Notes: a model not told the origin generated them from the letters alone. A stretch of DNA of 64,000 nt from Pedobacter sp. (GCA_050253415.1 JBFWJC010000001.1:96001-160000), one strand, 5' to 3'; shown: positions 33,982 through 44,735, counted from the stretch's first letter. Translations and numbers: made by a program.

Positions 33982-34707
33982 ATGCATACGCAAGTGGATG
34001 AAATTGCTCCCGGCCTTTTCCGTATTTCAACATATATCGCCAAATTCGACCTCCAGTTCAACCAGTTCCTTGTCATGGACGACGAACCCCTGCTCTTCCA
34101 TACCGGCATGAAGGGAATGTTTGATCTTGTGCGCCAGGCGGTTGAAAAAATCCTCAACCCTGCGACCCTGCGCTGGATCGGATTCAGCCACTTTGAGGCC
34201 GACGAGTGCGGCTCGCTGAACTCATGGCTCGCCATTGCCCCTCAAGCGAAACCGATATGCGGTATTATTGGGGCCACGATCAACATCAATGATTTCACCG
34301 ACCACCGGGCACACGTATTGGCTGAGGGGGAAGTTCTGGCCACGGGTCGGAACCGCTTCCGTTTTCTGGAAACACCCCAGGTGCCTCATGGTTGGGATGC
34401 TGGCCTGCTTTTCGAGGAGACCGGCAAGACGCTCTTCTGTTCCGACCTGTTCCTTCAGAACGGCAATGTCGAACCATCGACGGAGAAGGACATCCTGGGG
34501 CGGGCAAGAGAATCCCTTCTTGGCTTCGAATCAAGTCCTCTGGCTAACTCCACCCCCTATACGACGAAGACCGAAAAAATCCTGCATCGCCTGGCGGACC
34601 TAGAGCCACAGCGACTTGCCGCCATGCACGGATCAACCTTCGTGGGAGACGGAGGCGAGGCATTGCGCAACCTGGCAATCATGATGAATGAGGTCTTGGC
34701 ACCGTAA
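33982..34707 (+). CDS. Single-domain MBL-fold protein resembling the flavodiiron N-terminal domain
   Basis: [33 protein letters not shown]; no flavodoxin domain. Confidence 0.8.
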   Translation: MHTQVDEIAPGLFRISTYIAKFDLQFNQFLVMDDEPLLFHTGMKGMFDLVRQAVEKILNPATLRWIGFSHFEADECGSLNSWLAIAPQAKPICGIIGATININDFTDHRAHVLAEGEVLATGRNRFRFLETPQVPHGWDAGLLFEETGKTLFCSDLFLQNGNVEPSTEKDILGRARESLLGFESSPLANSTPYTTKTEKILHRLADLEPQRLAAMHGSTFVGDGGEALRNLAIMMNEVLAP

Positions 34708-34796
34708 TCCTTTGGCAGCGGCTTTCACGCTTTCTCGAATACCTTTCGACAGCTCGTTCAGGAATAACGTCATCAAAGTGACCATCTTTCGCATAG

Positions 34797-34834
34797 AAGA
34801 AAAGCCCGTCCGGATAACCAGACGGGCTTTTCTT
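34797..34834. terminator. Bidirectional terminator
   Basis: AAGAAAAGCCCGTC/GACGGGCTTTTCTT between convergent genes. Confidence 0.85.
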
Positions 34835-34909
34835 ACAAACCAGGTTTCGCAAAAACTCCCGAGATCTCAACATCTGCGTCCGATGTTGGTCTCTGGTTAC
34901 AGATCAGAA

Positions 34910-35407
34910 TCAGTAGCGCCAGTTTAAAAAGACCATGGCGGGTGCTACTTCGTTGGGAAAATTACGGAACCATCTTTCGGTTTCATTCATAATGTTAACG
35001 AAGCCTATCTGCAGACCTTTGTCACAGGTATCGGCAAAATTTATAAGACCGAGTTGAACGCCGTGCAGGTTGCCCGCGTAGTTGAATGCTGACCATTGAA
35101 ACCCTGCGAACCGTCCGGAGGAATAATTGGCCAGCCATGCGAGTTGCGCACCTCTATAGTTCTGCGCATAATTGGCCAACAGCCCAAGGGACAGCCCGGA
35201 ACTATTGCCCGTCGAGCCGTTGACAATCCCAAGCGCTATGGCATTTTGCGGATTTTCACTCCAGATACCAAGCGTTACGCCGCTGATGTGCGTGCCTCTG
35301 GAATGAATGGCCAGGTCGGGGGTTAAGCTCAACTGAAAACCTGCTGTTTCAGCGAATGCCCCTGTAGCGAAGAAACAGCCTATCAATATACATAGCAATG
35401 TCCTCAT
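34910..35407 (-). CDS. Exported GxQxGxxN-repeat protein (LA_2272-like)
   Basis: Signal peptide AFA; repeats GAQLAWLAN, GFQWSAFN, GVQLGLIN, GLQIGFVN; aromatic C-terminus NWRY. Confidence 0.7.
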   Translation of the reverse strand: MRTLLCILIGCFFATGAFAETAGFQLSLTPDLAIHSRGTHISGVTLGIWSENPQNAIALGIVNGSTGNSSGLSLGLLANYAQNYRGAQLAWLANYSSGRFAGFQWSAFNYAGNLHGVQLGLINFADTCDKGLQIGFVNIMNETERWFRNFPNEVAPAMVFLNWRY

Positions 35408-35633
35408 TTTTCAGACCCTCCCTTTTGTTTGGTTGGAAATCAACTGCACCGAGCTTCCGGTATCCCACTGATAGCCACTGGAGCGGATGTTCTCTTGAAG
35501 TGTACGCGTCGCGGAAGGATTTTCAAGGAGAGGAAGGTGTAATCTGACTTTTGCAAACAACTTCCAGGAGAGGGGCGAAAGCCTTCAACCTGATGGAGGA
35601 TGGAGGATTCAGGTTCAGGCTAATTTTCTATAT

Positions 35634-36572
35634 TCAACGAATCCAACCCCTTAGCAAGGCGGCCAGGGTCAATCCGCTGACCAGAAACCAGAGAGTGATC
35701 CCCTGCAACATGGGACGAAAGCCAACATGCTTAAGTACCTTTTTACTTAGGCCCGCACCGACCAGGAACAGTGTGATAACCAGACACTGACGTGCGATGG
35801 CCGCCACGGTGCTCCATAGCCCCCGGTACTGGGGCACCAGTGTGGAGATCCCGGCGGCGACCACGAAACCGACGATAAACAGGGGAACGCGGGCTTTTTG
35901 CTCGGATTTTAAAACCAAAGCGACGGCCATCACCACCGGGGCAATCCACATGGCGCGGGTTAACTTGACCGTCGTACCCACGGCAAGGGCCTCGGAACCG
36001 TAACTGTACGCCGCGCCAACCACACTGCTGGTATCGTGGATGGCAAGTCCCGCCCACAGGCCGAATTGTTGCTGACTGAGTTCGAGGTAATGCCCCGCCA
36101 AAGGAAACAATAAGAGTGCCACGGCATTCAGGGTAAAGACTGTGGCGAGGGCGATGGCCGTTTCGTCATCCTCCGATCTAATAACCGGCGCCATGGCAGC
36201 AATCGCGCTACCACCGCAGATAGCGGTCCCCACCGCGATCAGGATCGAGGTGTTGCGGCCCGCATGGAACCATCTCCCGATCAGAGCCCCCAACGCCAGG
36301 GTCATGACGATACCCACCACCGTGTAAACCACCGAGCTTTTACCAACCTGCCACACTTCAGAGACGCTCAGCCCGAAGCCGAGCCCCACGACCGAAATCT
36401 GCAGCAGGTTCTTGCTCCAGATCGCGGACTGTTGTGGCCAGGGATTTTCAAGCAGCAGACTGAAAAGGATTCCGGCCACCAGGGCATGGGCGGTGGTGAC
36501 TGCCGGCAGAGCGCATGCAGCCAGAAGCAGAAAAAATAATATTTTTTGAACGGCATGAGCGATCATTGGCAC
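35634..36572 (-). CDS. YeiH-family (putative sulfate exporter) membrane protein
   Basis: GTAICGGSAIAA, AIHDTSSVV, VKLTR. Confidence 0.88.
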   Translation of the reverse strand: MPMIAHAVQKILFFLLLAACALPAVTTAHALVAGILFSLLLENPWPQQSAIWSKNLLQISVVGLGFGLSVSEVWQVGKSSVVYTVVGIVMTLALGALIGRWFHAGRNTSILIAVGTAICGGSAIAAMAPVIRSEDDETAIALATVFTLNAVALLLFPLAGHYLELSQQQFGLWAGLAIHDTSSVVGAAYSYGSEALAVGTTVKLTRAMWIAPVVMAVALVLKSEQKARVPLFIVGFVVAAGISTLVPQYRGLWSTVAAIARQCLVITLFLVGAGLSKKVLKHVGFRPMLQGITLWFLVSGLTLAALLRGWIR

Positions 36573-36796
36573 CCCCTCCTTGAATCAAGTCGCGAACAAT
36601 AATGAAGGCTATGTTGGCAATATGATAAGCACCCCACCCCCCATTGCCAGAATCCTTTACCCACCCCAAAAGGCCGAATACAAGCTGCCCGAACCTGCTT
36701 GTATAGCAGAAACAATAAAACAAAGAGCGTCGAAATTTGTAATTTTTCGTTCAGTTGCCTTCCAAGAATTTATTGGCAATCGGGGATACCTGGCAC

Positions 36797-38224
36797 TCAA
36801 CTAGAGGAACCAAGACTGTTCTCCGTTGATTTCCCGAGAGTCTCCAAGGCGTGTTCCACCCTGTCTGACCAGTAGGAGGCGTTGATACGAAAACAATTAG
36901 TAAAATTCTTTTTAAGTGTAAAAATCATTCCGGGAGCGATGCTAATACCATTCCGCAATGCAATTTCATAAAGTTTGTATGTGTCATAACCTTCGGGTAA
37001 TTCAACCCAAAGGTTATAACCCCCATTAGGGCGACTTGTCCGTGTCCCCTCCGGAAAATAAAGGCCGATGGCTTCTATAACACTCTCTATTTGTTTTGCA
37101 TAAATCCGTCTGACTTTCCTTAGATAAGAGTCATATCCACCGTTAATTAGAAATTCAGCAATAGCAAGTTGTGTCGGTGAGGCGGTGGCAATATTTGAAA
37201 GTGACTTGCGCTGCATCAGCTTTGACATAAATCTGCCGGGAGCAATCCAACCAACCCGAAAGCCTGGAGCCAGAGTCTTGGAGAAGGAGGAACATTGTAG
37301 CACAAGGCCCTTTTGCTCGTAGGCTTTGGCCGCATTCGGACGGGTCTTGCCAAAGGCCAAGTCCCCATAAATATCATCCTCAATAAGAGGAATGTCCTTT
37401 TCTTCGAGAAGAGAGACGAGTTCCTGTTTTTTTTCTTCCGGCATGAGACTGCCCAGCGGATTATTGAAATTTGCGATAACGATACAGGCTGAAACGGAAT
37501 TTTGGGTGATTGTATATTTAAGAACGTCAAGATTCATGCCTTCTATTGGACATGAAGGGATTTCCAATATCTTCAATCCCATGCATTGTATGAACTTAAG
37601 GAAGGCCGGGTGAACAGGGGTTCCGATGGCTACCGTGTCTCCCGGTCGGCATACGCACTGAAGTGCAAGAGTTATCGCTTCTACGCACCCCGATGTAATG
37701 ATAATGTCTTCTGCCCCCAGAGAACATCCCGATAAGAACGAGCGTTTTGCAATCTGAGTACGCAAACGGAGAATTCCTTGTGTATCTGCATAGGAAATGC
37801 TTTGAACCCTGAAACGCTTTGATTCTGAAGCCAGCATCCTATTAAGCTTATCAATAGGTAGCAGATCGGGGTTGGGCATGCCAATCCCGAGGGGTAACAG
37901 CATTTGATTGGAAATGGTGTTTATCACCTGTAGAGCGGTATCGCCAAGAGTAACTGGTTTCGGTGTTATGTCTTTCGGGGAATGGCTTTTAGGCCGTTGA
38001 ATCCCATGGGGAAAAATAGTGGCTCTGACATAAAATCCGGATTGGGGTCGAGCTTCGATCAAGCCCTGGTTTTCCAGTTCCGCGTAGGCAGCCATCACCG
38101 TGTTTGCGCTGACATTCATCTCCCGGCTGAGTAACCGTATAGACGGTATCCGTTCACCCGGGCGGAACGTACCCTTTCCGATCATCTCTCTGATTTTCTG
38201 GCATACCTCTTCATATAACAGCAT
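36797..38224 (-). CDS. MocR/GntR PLP-dependent transcriptional regulator
   Basis: PGERIPSIR wHTH, PQSGFYV, EDDIYG, SFSKTLAPGFRVGW. Confidence 0.92.
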   Translation of the reverse strand: MLLYEEVCQKIREMIGKGTFRPGERIPSIRLLSREMNVSANTVMAAYAELENQGLIEARPQSGFYVRATIFPHGIQRPKSHSPKDITPKPVTLGDTALQVINTISNQMLLPLGIGMPNPDLLPIDKLNRMLASESKRFRVQSISYADTQGILRLRTQIAKRSFLSGCSLGAEDIIITSGCVEAITLALQCVCRPGDTVAIGTPVHPAFLKFIQCMGLKILEIPSCPIEGMNLDVLKYTITQNSVSACIVIANFNNPLGSLMPEEKKQELVSLLEEKDIPLIEDDIYGDLAFGKTRPNAAKAYEQKGLVLQCSSFSKTLAPGFRVGWIAPGRFMSKLMQRKSLSNIATASPTQLAIAEFLINGGYDSYLRKVRRIYAKQIESVIEAIGLYFPEGTRTSRPNGGYNLWVELPEGYDTYKLYEIALRNGISIAPGMIFTLKKNFTNCFRINASYWSDRVEHALETLGKSTENSLGSSS

Positions 38225-38523
38225 CTTGTCTATAATTTCCTTCCCGGTTTTATTACTTTGAAAAGTATACCTTTTTCATGATTTTCAGGCAAAAACAGAT
38301 TATGCGAAAGACGATGGCAACAGATGTAGTTATTAAAAACTGTTACCATTGAAAAGATTTAAAATTGTATCTACCTGTTTTTGCGCGCAAAAAATATAAT
38401 ACACGAGGGTATTGCGGGGGATAAGTCCTACAGGGCGTGATGTTTATCTCTTGATTTCCCAGGACTTAAAAGGAAACAGTTCAAATCACCCCGCTCTTTC
38501 AGGTGACCTTAAACGGAGGATTT

Positions 38524-39522
38524 ATGGAGACTTCTGTAAACGTTAAACCATCGCTAGCCATCTCTATTCTCAAAAGTGGGCTTAACGTTAACGTGCCTAT
38601 GTTTCTCTGGGGGGCTCCCGGAATAGGCAAGTCCCAAATCGTGGCCCAGGTGGCCGCGGATCTGAACCTGCCGTTGATCGATATTCGCGCAGTCCTGCTG
38701 GATCCTGTCGATTTACGCGGCGTACCTTCTGTTGAAAATGGCACGACCCGTTGGAATCCTCCCAATTTCCTGCCAACGGAAGGCGAAGGCGTGCTTTTTC
38801 TTGATGAACTATCCCAGGCACCTGATTCGGTGCAGAGTTCACTGCTGCAGCTTGTTCTTGATCGCAGACTCGGGGAATACCGCATGCCTGATGGGTGGAG
38901 AATTCTAGCAGCGGGAAACAGAGTGACAGACGGCACGTTCAGCAGGAAAATCAGCAAAGCATTAGGTTCCCGTTTTGCTACCCATTTGGAGTTGGCCGTC
39001 GATTTGGACGAGTGGTGCGCCTGGGCGATCGATAACAATGTACCAGCTGAGGTTATCAGCTTTTTGCGCCTTCGCCCCGACCTGCTTCACAATTTTGAGG
39101 CCAAGGCACAGGGTAATTCCTTTCCGTGTCCACGGGTCTGGGCCAATGTCGGTAAGTTTATGGGCAAGTTGCCTTTCGAGGCGGAACTGCCTTTTTTCGC
39201 GGGAGCGCTGGGGTTTGGAGCGGCCGCTGAATTTACGTCCTTTTTGCAAATTTACCGCGACCTTCCGGATATAGAGGCTATCATGCTTAACCCTGACGAT
39301 GCTGAGGTTCCCAAAGAACCTTCTATCCTCTATGCGCTTTGTGGGGCAATGAGTCGAAAAATAAGTTCAGAGAACGTTTCGCAAGCCTTTCGCTACATGA
39401 AGCGATTGCCAACTGAATTCCAGGTAGTCTGGCTACGCGATGCTCTTCAAACCGAGTCTATGCTTGCTTCCAGCAAGGAATTTGCCAGCTGGGCAAAAGA
39501 TAACGGCGACCTGTTACTCTAA
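38524..39522 (+). CDS. MoxR/dynein-related AAA+ ATPase
   Basis: GAPGIGKS Walker A, LFLDEL Walker B, AAGNR, DLRGVP, FPCPRVW; GGAGG RBS. Confidence 0.88.
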   Translation: METSVNVKPSLAISILKSGLNVNVPMFLWGAPGIGKSQIVAQVAADLNLPLIDIRAVLLDPVDLRGVPSVENGTTRWNPPNFLPTEGEGVLFLDELSQAPDSVQSSLLQLVLDRRLGEYRMPDGWRILAAGNRVTDGTFSRKISKALGSRFATHLELAVDLDEWCAWAIDNNVPAEVISFLRLRPDLLHNFEAKAQGNSFPCPRVWANVGKFMGKLPFEAELPFFAGALGFGAAAEFTSFLQIYRDLPDIEAIMLNPDDAEVPKEPSILYALCGAMSRKISSENVSQAFRYMKRLPTEFQVVWLRDALQTESMLASSKEFASWAKDNGDLLL

Positions 39523-39634
39523 CGTCTCCAAGGCAGCACAGTCATTTTCTACCATAACGCTTCGGCATATCTATCCACGTCCGTTACGGGAAACCTCGAC
39601 ATTCGTGAGAGATACTGCTCGGGAAGGAAATGCG

Positions 39635-40804
39635 ATGAACAAATCGTCAAAGATGGCAAAAGCGATTGCAAGGACGGTGCTTGATCACCCTTTTTTCGCC
39701 ACCCTGCTGCTTCGCATGCGGATTTATGAAGATACCGACACTAAAACCGCCTGTACCGATGGGAAAAAAATTCGGTATAACCCGCAATTTATCGATTCGT
39801 TGCACATCGACCAGGTTGTGTTTGTTCTCGCGCACCTTGCCATGCATGTTGCTCATTTCCATCCGCTGAGACGAGGTAGCCGAAAACTCGATAAATTCAA
39901 CAAAGCCGGGGATTACGCTATAAATGGCATACTTAAAGAAGCCGGCCTCAGCATGTTGCCCGGCGTTTTGTATAAAAAAGAGTTCGACAACCTTGCCGCT
40001 GAACAAATCTACGAACGCTTGCCCGGATCCAAGGGCGATGGTAATCGCACCGGTGCTGGCAAAGAGCATGACAACGACCAGGATGATGATCCAGGCGGTT
40101 GCGGTGGTTTCGAAGATGCAAGGAATGAGGATGGCAAGCCGCTGTCGAAAGCGGAAAGAGAACGTCAAGAAGCAGAAGTTACCATTGCAATACAGCAGGC
40201 CGCCCAAGCCGCCAAGGCACAGGGGAAATTCCCGGGCGCCATTGCACGCCTGGTGGACGAACTGATCCACCCCATTCTTGACTGGAGCGAAATGCTTAGA
40301 AGCTTCATCGATCGCACGGCCCGTAATGACTATTCGTGGAGCCAACCCAACCGGCGACACATCGCCAAGGGGATTTATCTTCCCAGCTTTCGCTCAAACG
40401 GTCTGAAGCCTCTGGTTCTGGCTGTAGATACTTCCGGATCTATCGGACAACGCGAGCTGAATCAGTTTCAGGCTGAGTTGAATGACATTCTGCAGAGCTA
40501 TCCCTCTACGGTAAATGTTATTTACTGTGACTGTGAGATATCAGGTACCGAGATCTTTACTCCGGATCAATACCCTGTGGTACTAAAGACAGCAGGTTTT
40601 GGTAGCACTGATCTTTGTCCACCTTTTGAGTGGGCTTTAAAAAATGTGCCCGATGCCGGCTGTTTAATCTACCTGACTGACCTCCTGGGAAATAGCCCTG
40701 AAGTCGACCCCGGAATTCCTACACTCTGGGTCAGCACAACCAGAGACCGGGATATTCCGGAGTGCTATCATCCGAAATTCGGTCAAATTGCCACCTTGGA
40801 ATAA
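39635..40804 (+). CDS. DUF2201-like metallopeptidase-domain + vWA protein
   Basis: HPFFA, TACTDG..IRYNPQF, HLAMH at the HExxH position, DYAIN, PNRR, VDTSGSI MIDAS. Confidence 0.85.
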   Translation: MNKSSKMAKAIARTVLDHPFFATLLLRMRIYEDTDTKTACTDGKKIRYNPQFIDSLHIDQVVFVLAHLAMHVAHFHPLRRGSRKLDKFNKAGDYAINGILKEAGLSMLPGVLYKKEFDNLAAEQIYERLPGSKGDGNRTGAGKEHDNDQDDDPGGCGGFEDARNEDGKPLSKAERERQEAEVTIAIQQAAQAAKAQGKFPGAIARLVDELIHPILDWSEMLRSFIDRTARNDYSWSQPNRRHIAKGIYLPSFRSNGLKPLVLAVDTSGSIGQRELNQFQAELNDILQSYPSTVNVIYCDCEISGTEIFTPDQYPVVLKTAGFGSTDLCPPFEWALKNVPDAGCLIYLTDLLGNSPEVDPGIPTLWVSTTRDRDIPECYHPKFGQIATLE

Positions 40805-40860
40805 CTGGGTTTGTTTGGAGCACTCAAGTTGGACAGATCACGATGTCAGCCCGCGGAGAA

Positions 40861-41118
40861 ATGATGAATAGGATAATCCTTCTTACGTTTATCCAGAGGG
40901 ACAGCATCAGGAGTATGCATCCTGCACTCTGGCAGAAGTGCCTTTACCTGGGCACCGGCAAGGTAAATAAAAATCAATACACATGGCGTTATTCCACGAC
41001 GAGTCAAACCGCTCTGGCTTTACGCTTAATGGGCTTGTGCTCCGTTGAGGAAGATATGAAGAAAACAAGCCTGACAAGTAAGTGTTTATACAACCCAGAA
41101 AACGCGTACATGAGTTAA
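40861..41118 (+). CDS. Possible small hypothetical protein
   Basis: ATG preceded by GGAG just downstream of the vWA gene; no recognisable motif. Confidence 0.25.
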   Translation: MMNRIILLTFIQRDSIRSMHPALWQKCLYLGTGKVNKNQYTWRYSTTSQTALALRLMGLCSVEEDMKKTSLTSKCLYNPENAYMS

Positions 41119-41501
41119 TAACAGGTATAAGTGAAATGCTGGGCGCCAAGCTCAGGTCGACCTTCGATGCGAAAAGGGAAATACCGTCGCTTAGGCGCCT
41201 GTTCCATAAATTAAACCTTACCTGAGATCAGGAGGGCTTTGCAGGTCTTAGTAGGCACCGGGTGGGCAAAAACCACTTTCATGGGCCAGGGGATGTATTG
41301 TGCCTGCTTGCCCCCCACTCTGGAGAAAAAATTATCCAAGGGATCAGTATCATCCCGGTTTTAAACATAGGTGTCTTTTCCATCGACTCATGGTTTGGCC
41401 GAGAATGGATAGAGAATTTTTGATATAATCGCACGCCGGTATAATTTGGAGTATTTCAGGCCGACAACTTATCCTCGGTCGAATGAGAAAGGACTTCAGA
41501 A

Positions 41502-42464
41502 ATGTCGTTGAAAGCCTGGTCTCAAATCATGACAATAGTACTTATAATGGTCATGTTTGCCCTGGTCGATGTTTATGCAGAAAAAGGAATCCTTTTTCCT
41601 GAGATCTCAGCTCTTGCTTTAGGTTTCTGGGTAATGGCCAAACCACCATGGACCGGCTCCCAATTTGCTATTTGGGCATCGCCAACGCTGGCTGCACTTA
41701 CCGGTGTTTTACTCCTACGATATACATCTTTTTCGCTCTTTTTTCTTATAGGCATCGCCTTTGTTCTTGTAGCTTTGCAACTCAAGCTTCTTCGTTCAGC
41801 CATTTTCCCATCGATTTCCGCAGCGATTTTGCCGATTCTCACCCACACGACAGACTGGCTCTATCCTCTTTCCGTAAGCATCCTGATGGCAATGATCGTT
41901 TTCGGCAGATTTTTTCTGGGTAAGTTCTCTCAAAAGGAAAACTCTGCAGACTCGCTGGTTAAAGACGATTGTCACAAAATATCCCAAGCCTTTCTGCCCG
42001 AGTTTTTCTATTGGGGAAAACTCTTGGCAGGCGTTCTGACTGTTACCGCTCTGGCCCTGCGTTTTCAATGCCTGTTCATGATTGCACCACCGTTGATAGT
42101 TGCCTTTGTCGAACTGTCCAGAGCAGAACAAACTTTACGACAAAGCCCTTTTAAAATCCTATTTTTACTGGCTCTCGCCGCTTGTTCCGGGAGCCTGTGG
42201 CTATACTTGGTCAGTACGATATTCCAAGGTCCCCTCTGGGCGTTCTCCGGCCTAGCCCTCCTTTCCGTCTTCGTTCTGTACAAAGTCCTGCAGGTATCTT
42301 TTCCGCCGGCTGCCGCCATTTCTCTGCTACCGGTTCTTGTACCTGCCAGCAACTTTTGGGAATATCCATTGCACATTTTGCTGGGGAGTTCACTTTTTAT
42401 TCTTATAGGGAAATTCTATTTCATGGAAGTTGAGCCAAAACCTACCCTGATTGTAGAAAATTGA
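41502..42464 (+). CDS. Integral membrane protein, HPP-family-like
   Basis: About 10 hydrophobic segments in two halves; FPEISAL, APPLIVAF, FPPAAAISLLP. Confidence 0.65.
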   Translation: MSLKAWSQIMTIVLIMVMFALVDVYAEKGILFPEISALALGFWVMAKPPWTGSQFAIWASPTLAALTGVLLLRYTSFSLFFLIGIAFVLVALQLKLLRSAIFPSISAAILPILTHTTDWLYPLSVSILMAMIVFGRFFLGKFSQKENSADSLVKDDCHKISQAFLPEFFYWGKLLAGVLTVTALALRFQCLFMIAPPLIVAFVELSRAEQTLRQSPFKILFLLALAACSGSLWLYLVSTIFQGPLWAFSGLALLSVFVLYKVLQVSFPPAAAISLLPVLVPASNFWEYPLHILLGSSLFILIGKFYFMEVEPKPTLIVEN

Positions 42465-42638
42465 GGGAAAAATAGATTGCTCGGCCGTTTGCCTTTTAGT
42501 GGTTGCCAGATCCATTTGGTTGATACTTGCGCCCCTGCTACGGTTGTCATGAAAAAGGAAAAGGCTACCCCAATTTTTCAGCAGACCAAGGATAGGACAT
42601 TATTTCTGACTTCGCTTAATACGGGGAGGTAACACGAT

Positions 42639-43022
42639 ATGGCCAAGATCAATTCTCTGGCAGAACTGCAGAAAAAGCGAGCTGAGCTACAGGCTGCTAA
42701 AAACAAGACCATAAGCGAAAAAATCCTCGTCAGAGTATCTCTGGCGACCTGCAGCATCGCTTCCGGCGGTAAGGAAATGCTGGAAGCCATGATGACAGAG
42801 TGTGCTGCCCAGGGTATCACTGACATCGTGTTCAAACGGGTTGGTTGCCAGACCTACTGCTACGCCGAACCTACCGCTGAAGTTACCCTGCCCGGCAAAG
42901 AGCCTGTTACCTTTGGCTACCTCAAAGGGGACAAGGTCAAGGAACTGGTCCAGAAATACATCAAACGCGGCGAATTGATCGAAGGGGTTATTCCGGTCAA
43001 CTACGAGTGCATTGTTTTTTAA
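42639..43022 (+). CDS. Thioredoxin-like [2Fe-2S] ferredoxin (HndB-like)
   Basis: ATCSIASG, VGCQTYCYAEP; GGAGG RBS. Confidence 0.8.
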   Translation: MAKINSLAELQKKRAELQAAKNKTISEKILVRVSLATCSIASGGKEMLEAMMTECAAQGITDIVFKRVGCQTYCYAEPTAEVTLPGKEPVTFGYLKGDKVKELVQKYIKRGELIEGVIPVNYECIVF

Positions 43023-43294
43023 TTTAGGGAGAATCCTCTTAGAATAGTCAGCCGCAACAGCTGATTCATCAATCCGGAATCCATGTGCCCCCTGACTACC
43101 CCCAGTCTTATTGAGTCCCGTTAGAGGCGACAGCGATGCCGGCACAGGGGGGCTCGCTTTAACTAGGGATTTATAGGTCACCTGCATGCTCGGTGGGGTG
43201 CAGGCAAAAACATGTGGCTCCATCCAAATTGGAATGGATACCAGACTGGTTGCAATCTGCAGAAAAGGCAATATTGCCCACCAGTCAGGCGGCA

Positions 43295-43760
43295 TCAGGA
43301 TTTGGCGGCAAGCGTCTCGCGCACCAGGCTGAGAAAAGACCTCATGCCGAGGATGGCGTCGAGATCGCTTATTTCCACCACTCTGGCCGGAGTGCGGCCC
43401 ATGTGTTTGAGCCAGTCTTCGAGTTTGCGACGGCAGGAGCAGCCGCTGCGGTAAACCAGTATCGACAAGGCAAACTCCTGATCCATCGGAAGCTCGATTA
43501 CGCATGCTACCACCATCTCTTCGCACAGCACTTCTTCTGCAATAATGTCAGAATGGTCCATCTGGCCACCAACGAATACCCCTCCACCGCATAATCGAGC
43601 ACCCGCTCGACCAATTCGCCGCTTGTACCGATACTCAATTGCAGATCGGTTTCGGCATGATCCCGATGGTAACGGGCCAGCAACGCCGGCAAATGCACCA
43701 CAGCCTCCGTATCGATGACACCAAGGCGCAGTGGCCCACGGGGCGCGCGGGATGCCCCGC
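43295..43760 (-). pseudogene. Decayed copy of the LysR gene at 44736-45605
   Basis: High nucleotide similarity to 44745-45350, no HTH, frameshift near 43580, internal deletion. Confidence 0.9.
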
Positions 43761-43957
43761 CACAAAGACCGACTGGATACAGAGTTACCCCTATTGCAGC
43801 GATCATCAGCCCTTTAGTTCAGATAAAGGCAAATTGTACTGAACGCTTTACTTCCAACTTTTTTTAAACTATCTTGATGCGTAAATGTTAATTTGTGTAA
43901 CACATTGATAACAATTGGCTAAAATTTCGACGAGGTATTCAAAAAGGGGGGGGTAAA

Positions 43958-44614
43958 ATGGTTCGTATCCGTAATATTGTTGTGGCGTTATTTGTGGTCA
44001 TGCTCATCGGCGGGACAGCATGTGCCCAGGACAAGCTTGATTATTCGGGTCCATACATTGGTGCTTTTGTGGGCCATTCATGGGTTAACCTGGAATATTC
44101 CGAACCGAGCTATCCTGAAGATGCCCTTAATCCTGATATGAATGGATTTGTCGGTGGACTTTACTTCGGCCACAACTATAGGATCGATAACCTTGTATTA
44201 GGCTTTGAAACCGACGCAGGTCTTTGTGACCTGAGTGAGGGCGCCGACGACGATAACTCCTTCAATACTTGGTCAGCCTTTGATATTGATTGGGATGCAC
44301 ACCTTCGAGCAAGAGCGGGCTTTGTCTACAACACCACACTGTTCTATGTTGCCGGGGGTCTGGCACTTGCGAAGGTTGACGTTGATGATACAGATTCAGG
44401 CTATGGAGGGGACAATGCCATTCATGCTGGTTGGACGATTGGCGCTGGCATTGAGCAAAAGATAACCGAGCATCTGACTGCACGGTTTGAATATCTTTAT
44501 GACGACTACGGTAGCGAGAGTTACTCGATTGAAGTGACGGGGTTTGCCCCATACCAGGCGAATGTCGATTTGGAGATTCATACCGCTCGTATTGGCTTGG
44601 CATACTCTTTCTAA
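43958..44614 (+). CDS. Outer-membrane beta-barrel (Omp25/Omp31-like)
   Basis: Signal peptide, SGPYIG, LRARAG, GWTIGAGIE, RFEYLY, terminal ARIGLAYSF. Confidence 0.85.
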   Translation: MVRIRNIVVALFVVMLIGGTACAQDKLDYSGPYIGAFVGHSWVNLEYSEPSYPEDALNPDMNGFVGGLYFGHNYRIDNLVLGFETDAGLCDLSEGADDDNSFNTWSAFDIDWDAHLRARAGFVYNTTLFYVAGGLALAKVDVDDTDSGYGGDNAIHAGWTIGAGIEQKITEHLTARFEYLYDDYGSESYSIEVTGFAPYQANVDLEIHTARIGLAYSF

Positions 44615-44735
44615 ATGACTCCACGGGCGGCGTGTGAAAAGAACCGCCGATCCATAAGAAATAACATGGTCTGCCCCTTCCGGGCGGGCCATTCTTATTA
44701 GCCCCCATCCCCCCAAGCCATCAAAAAGGTCTACC

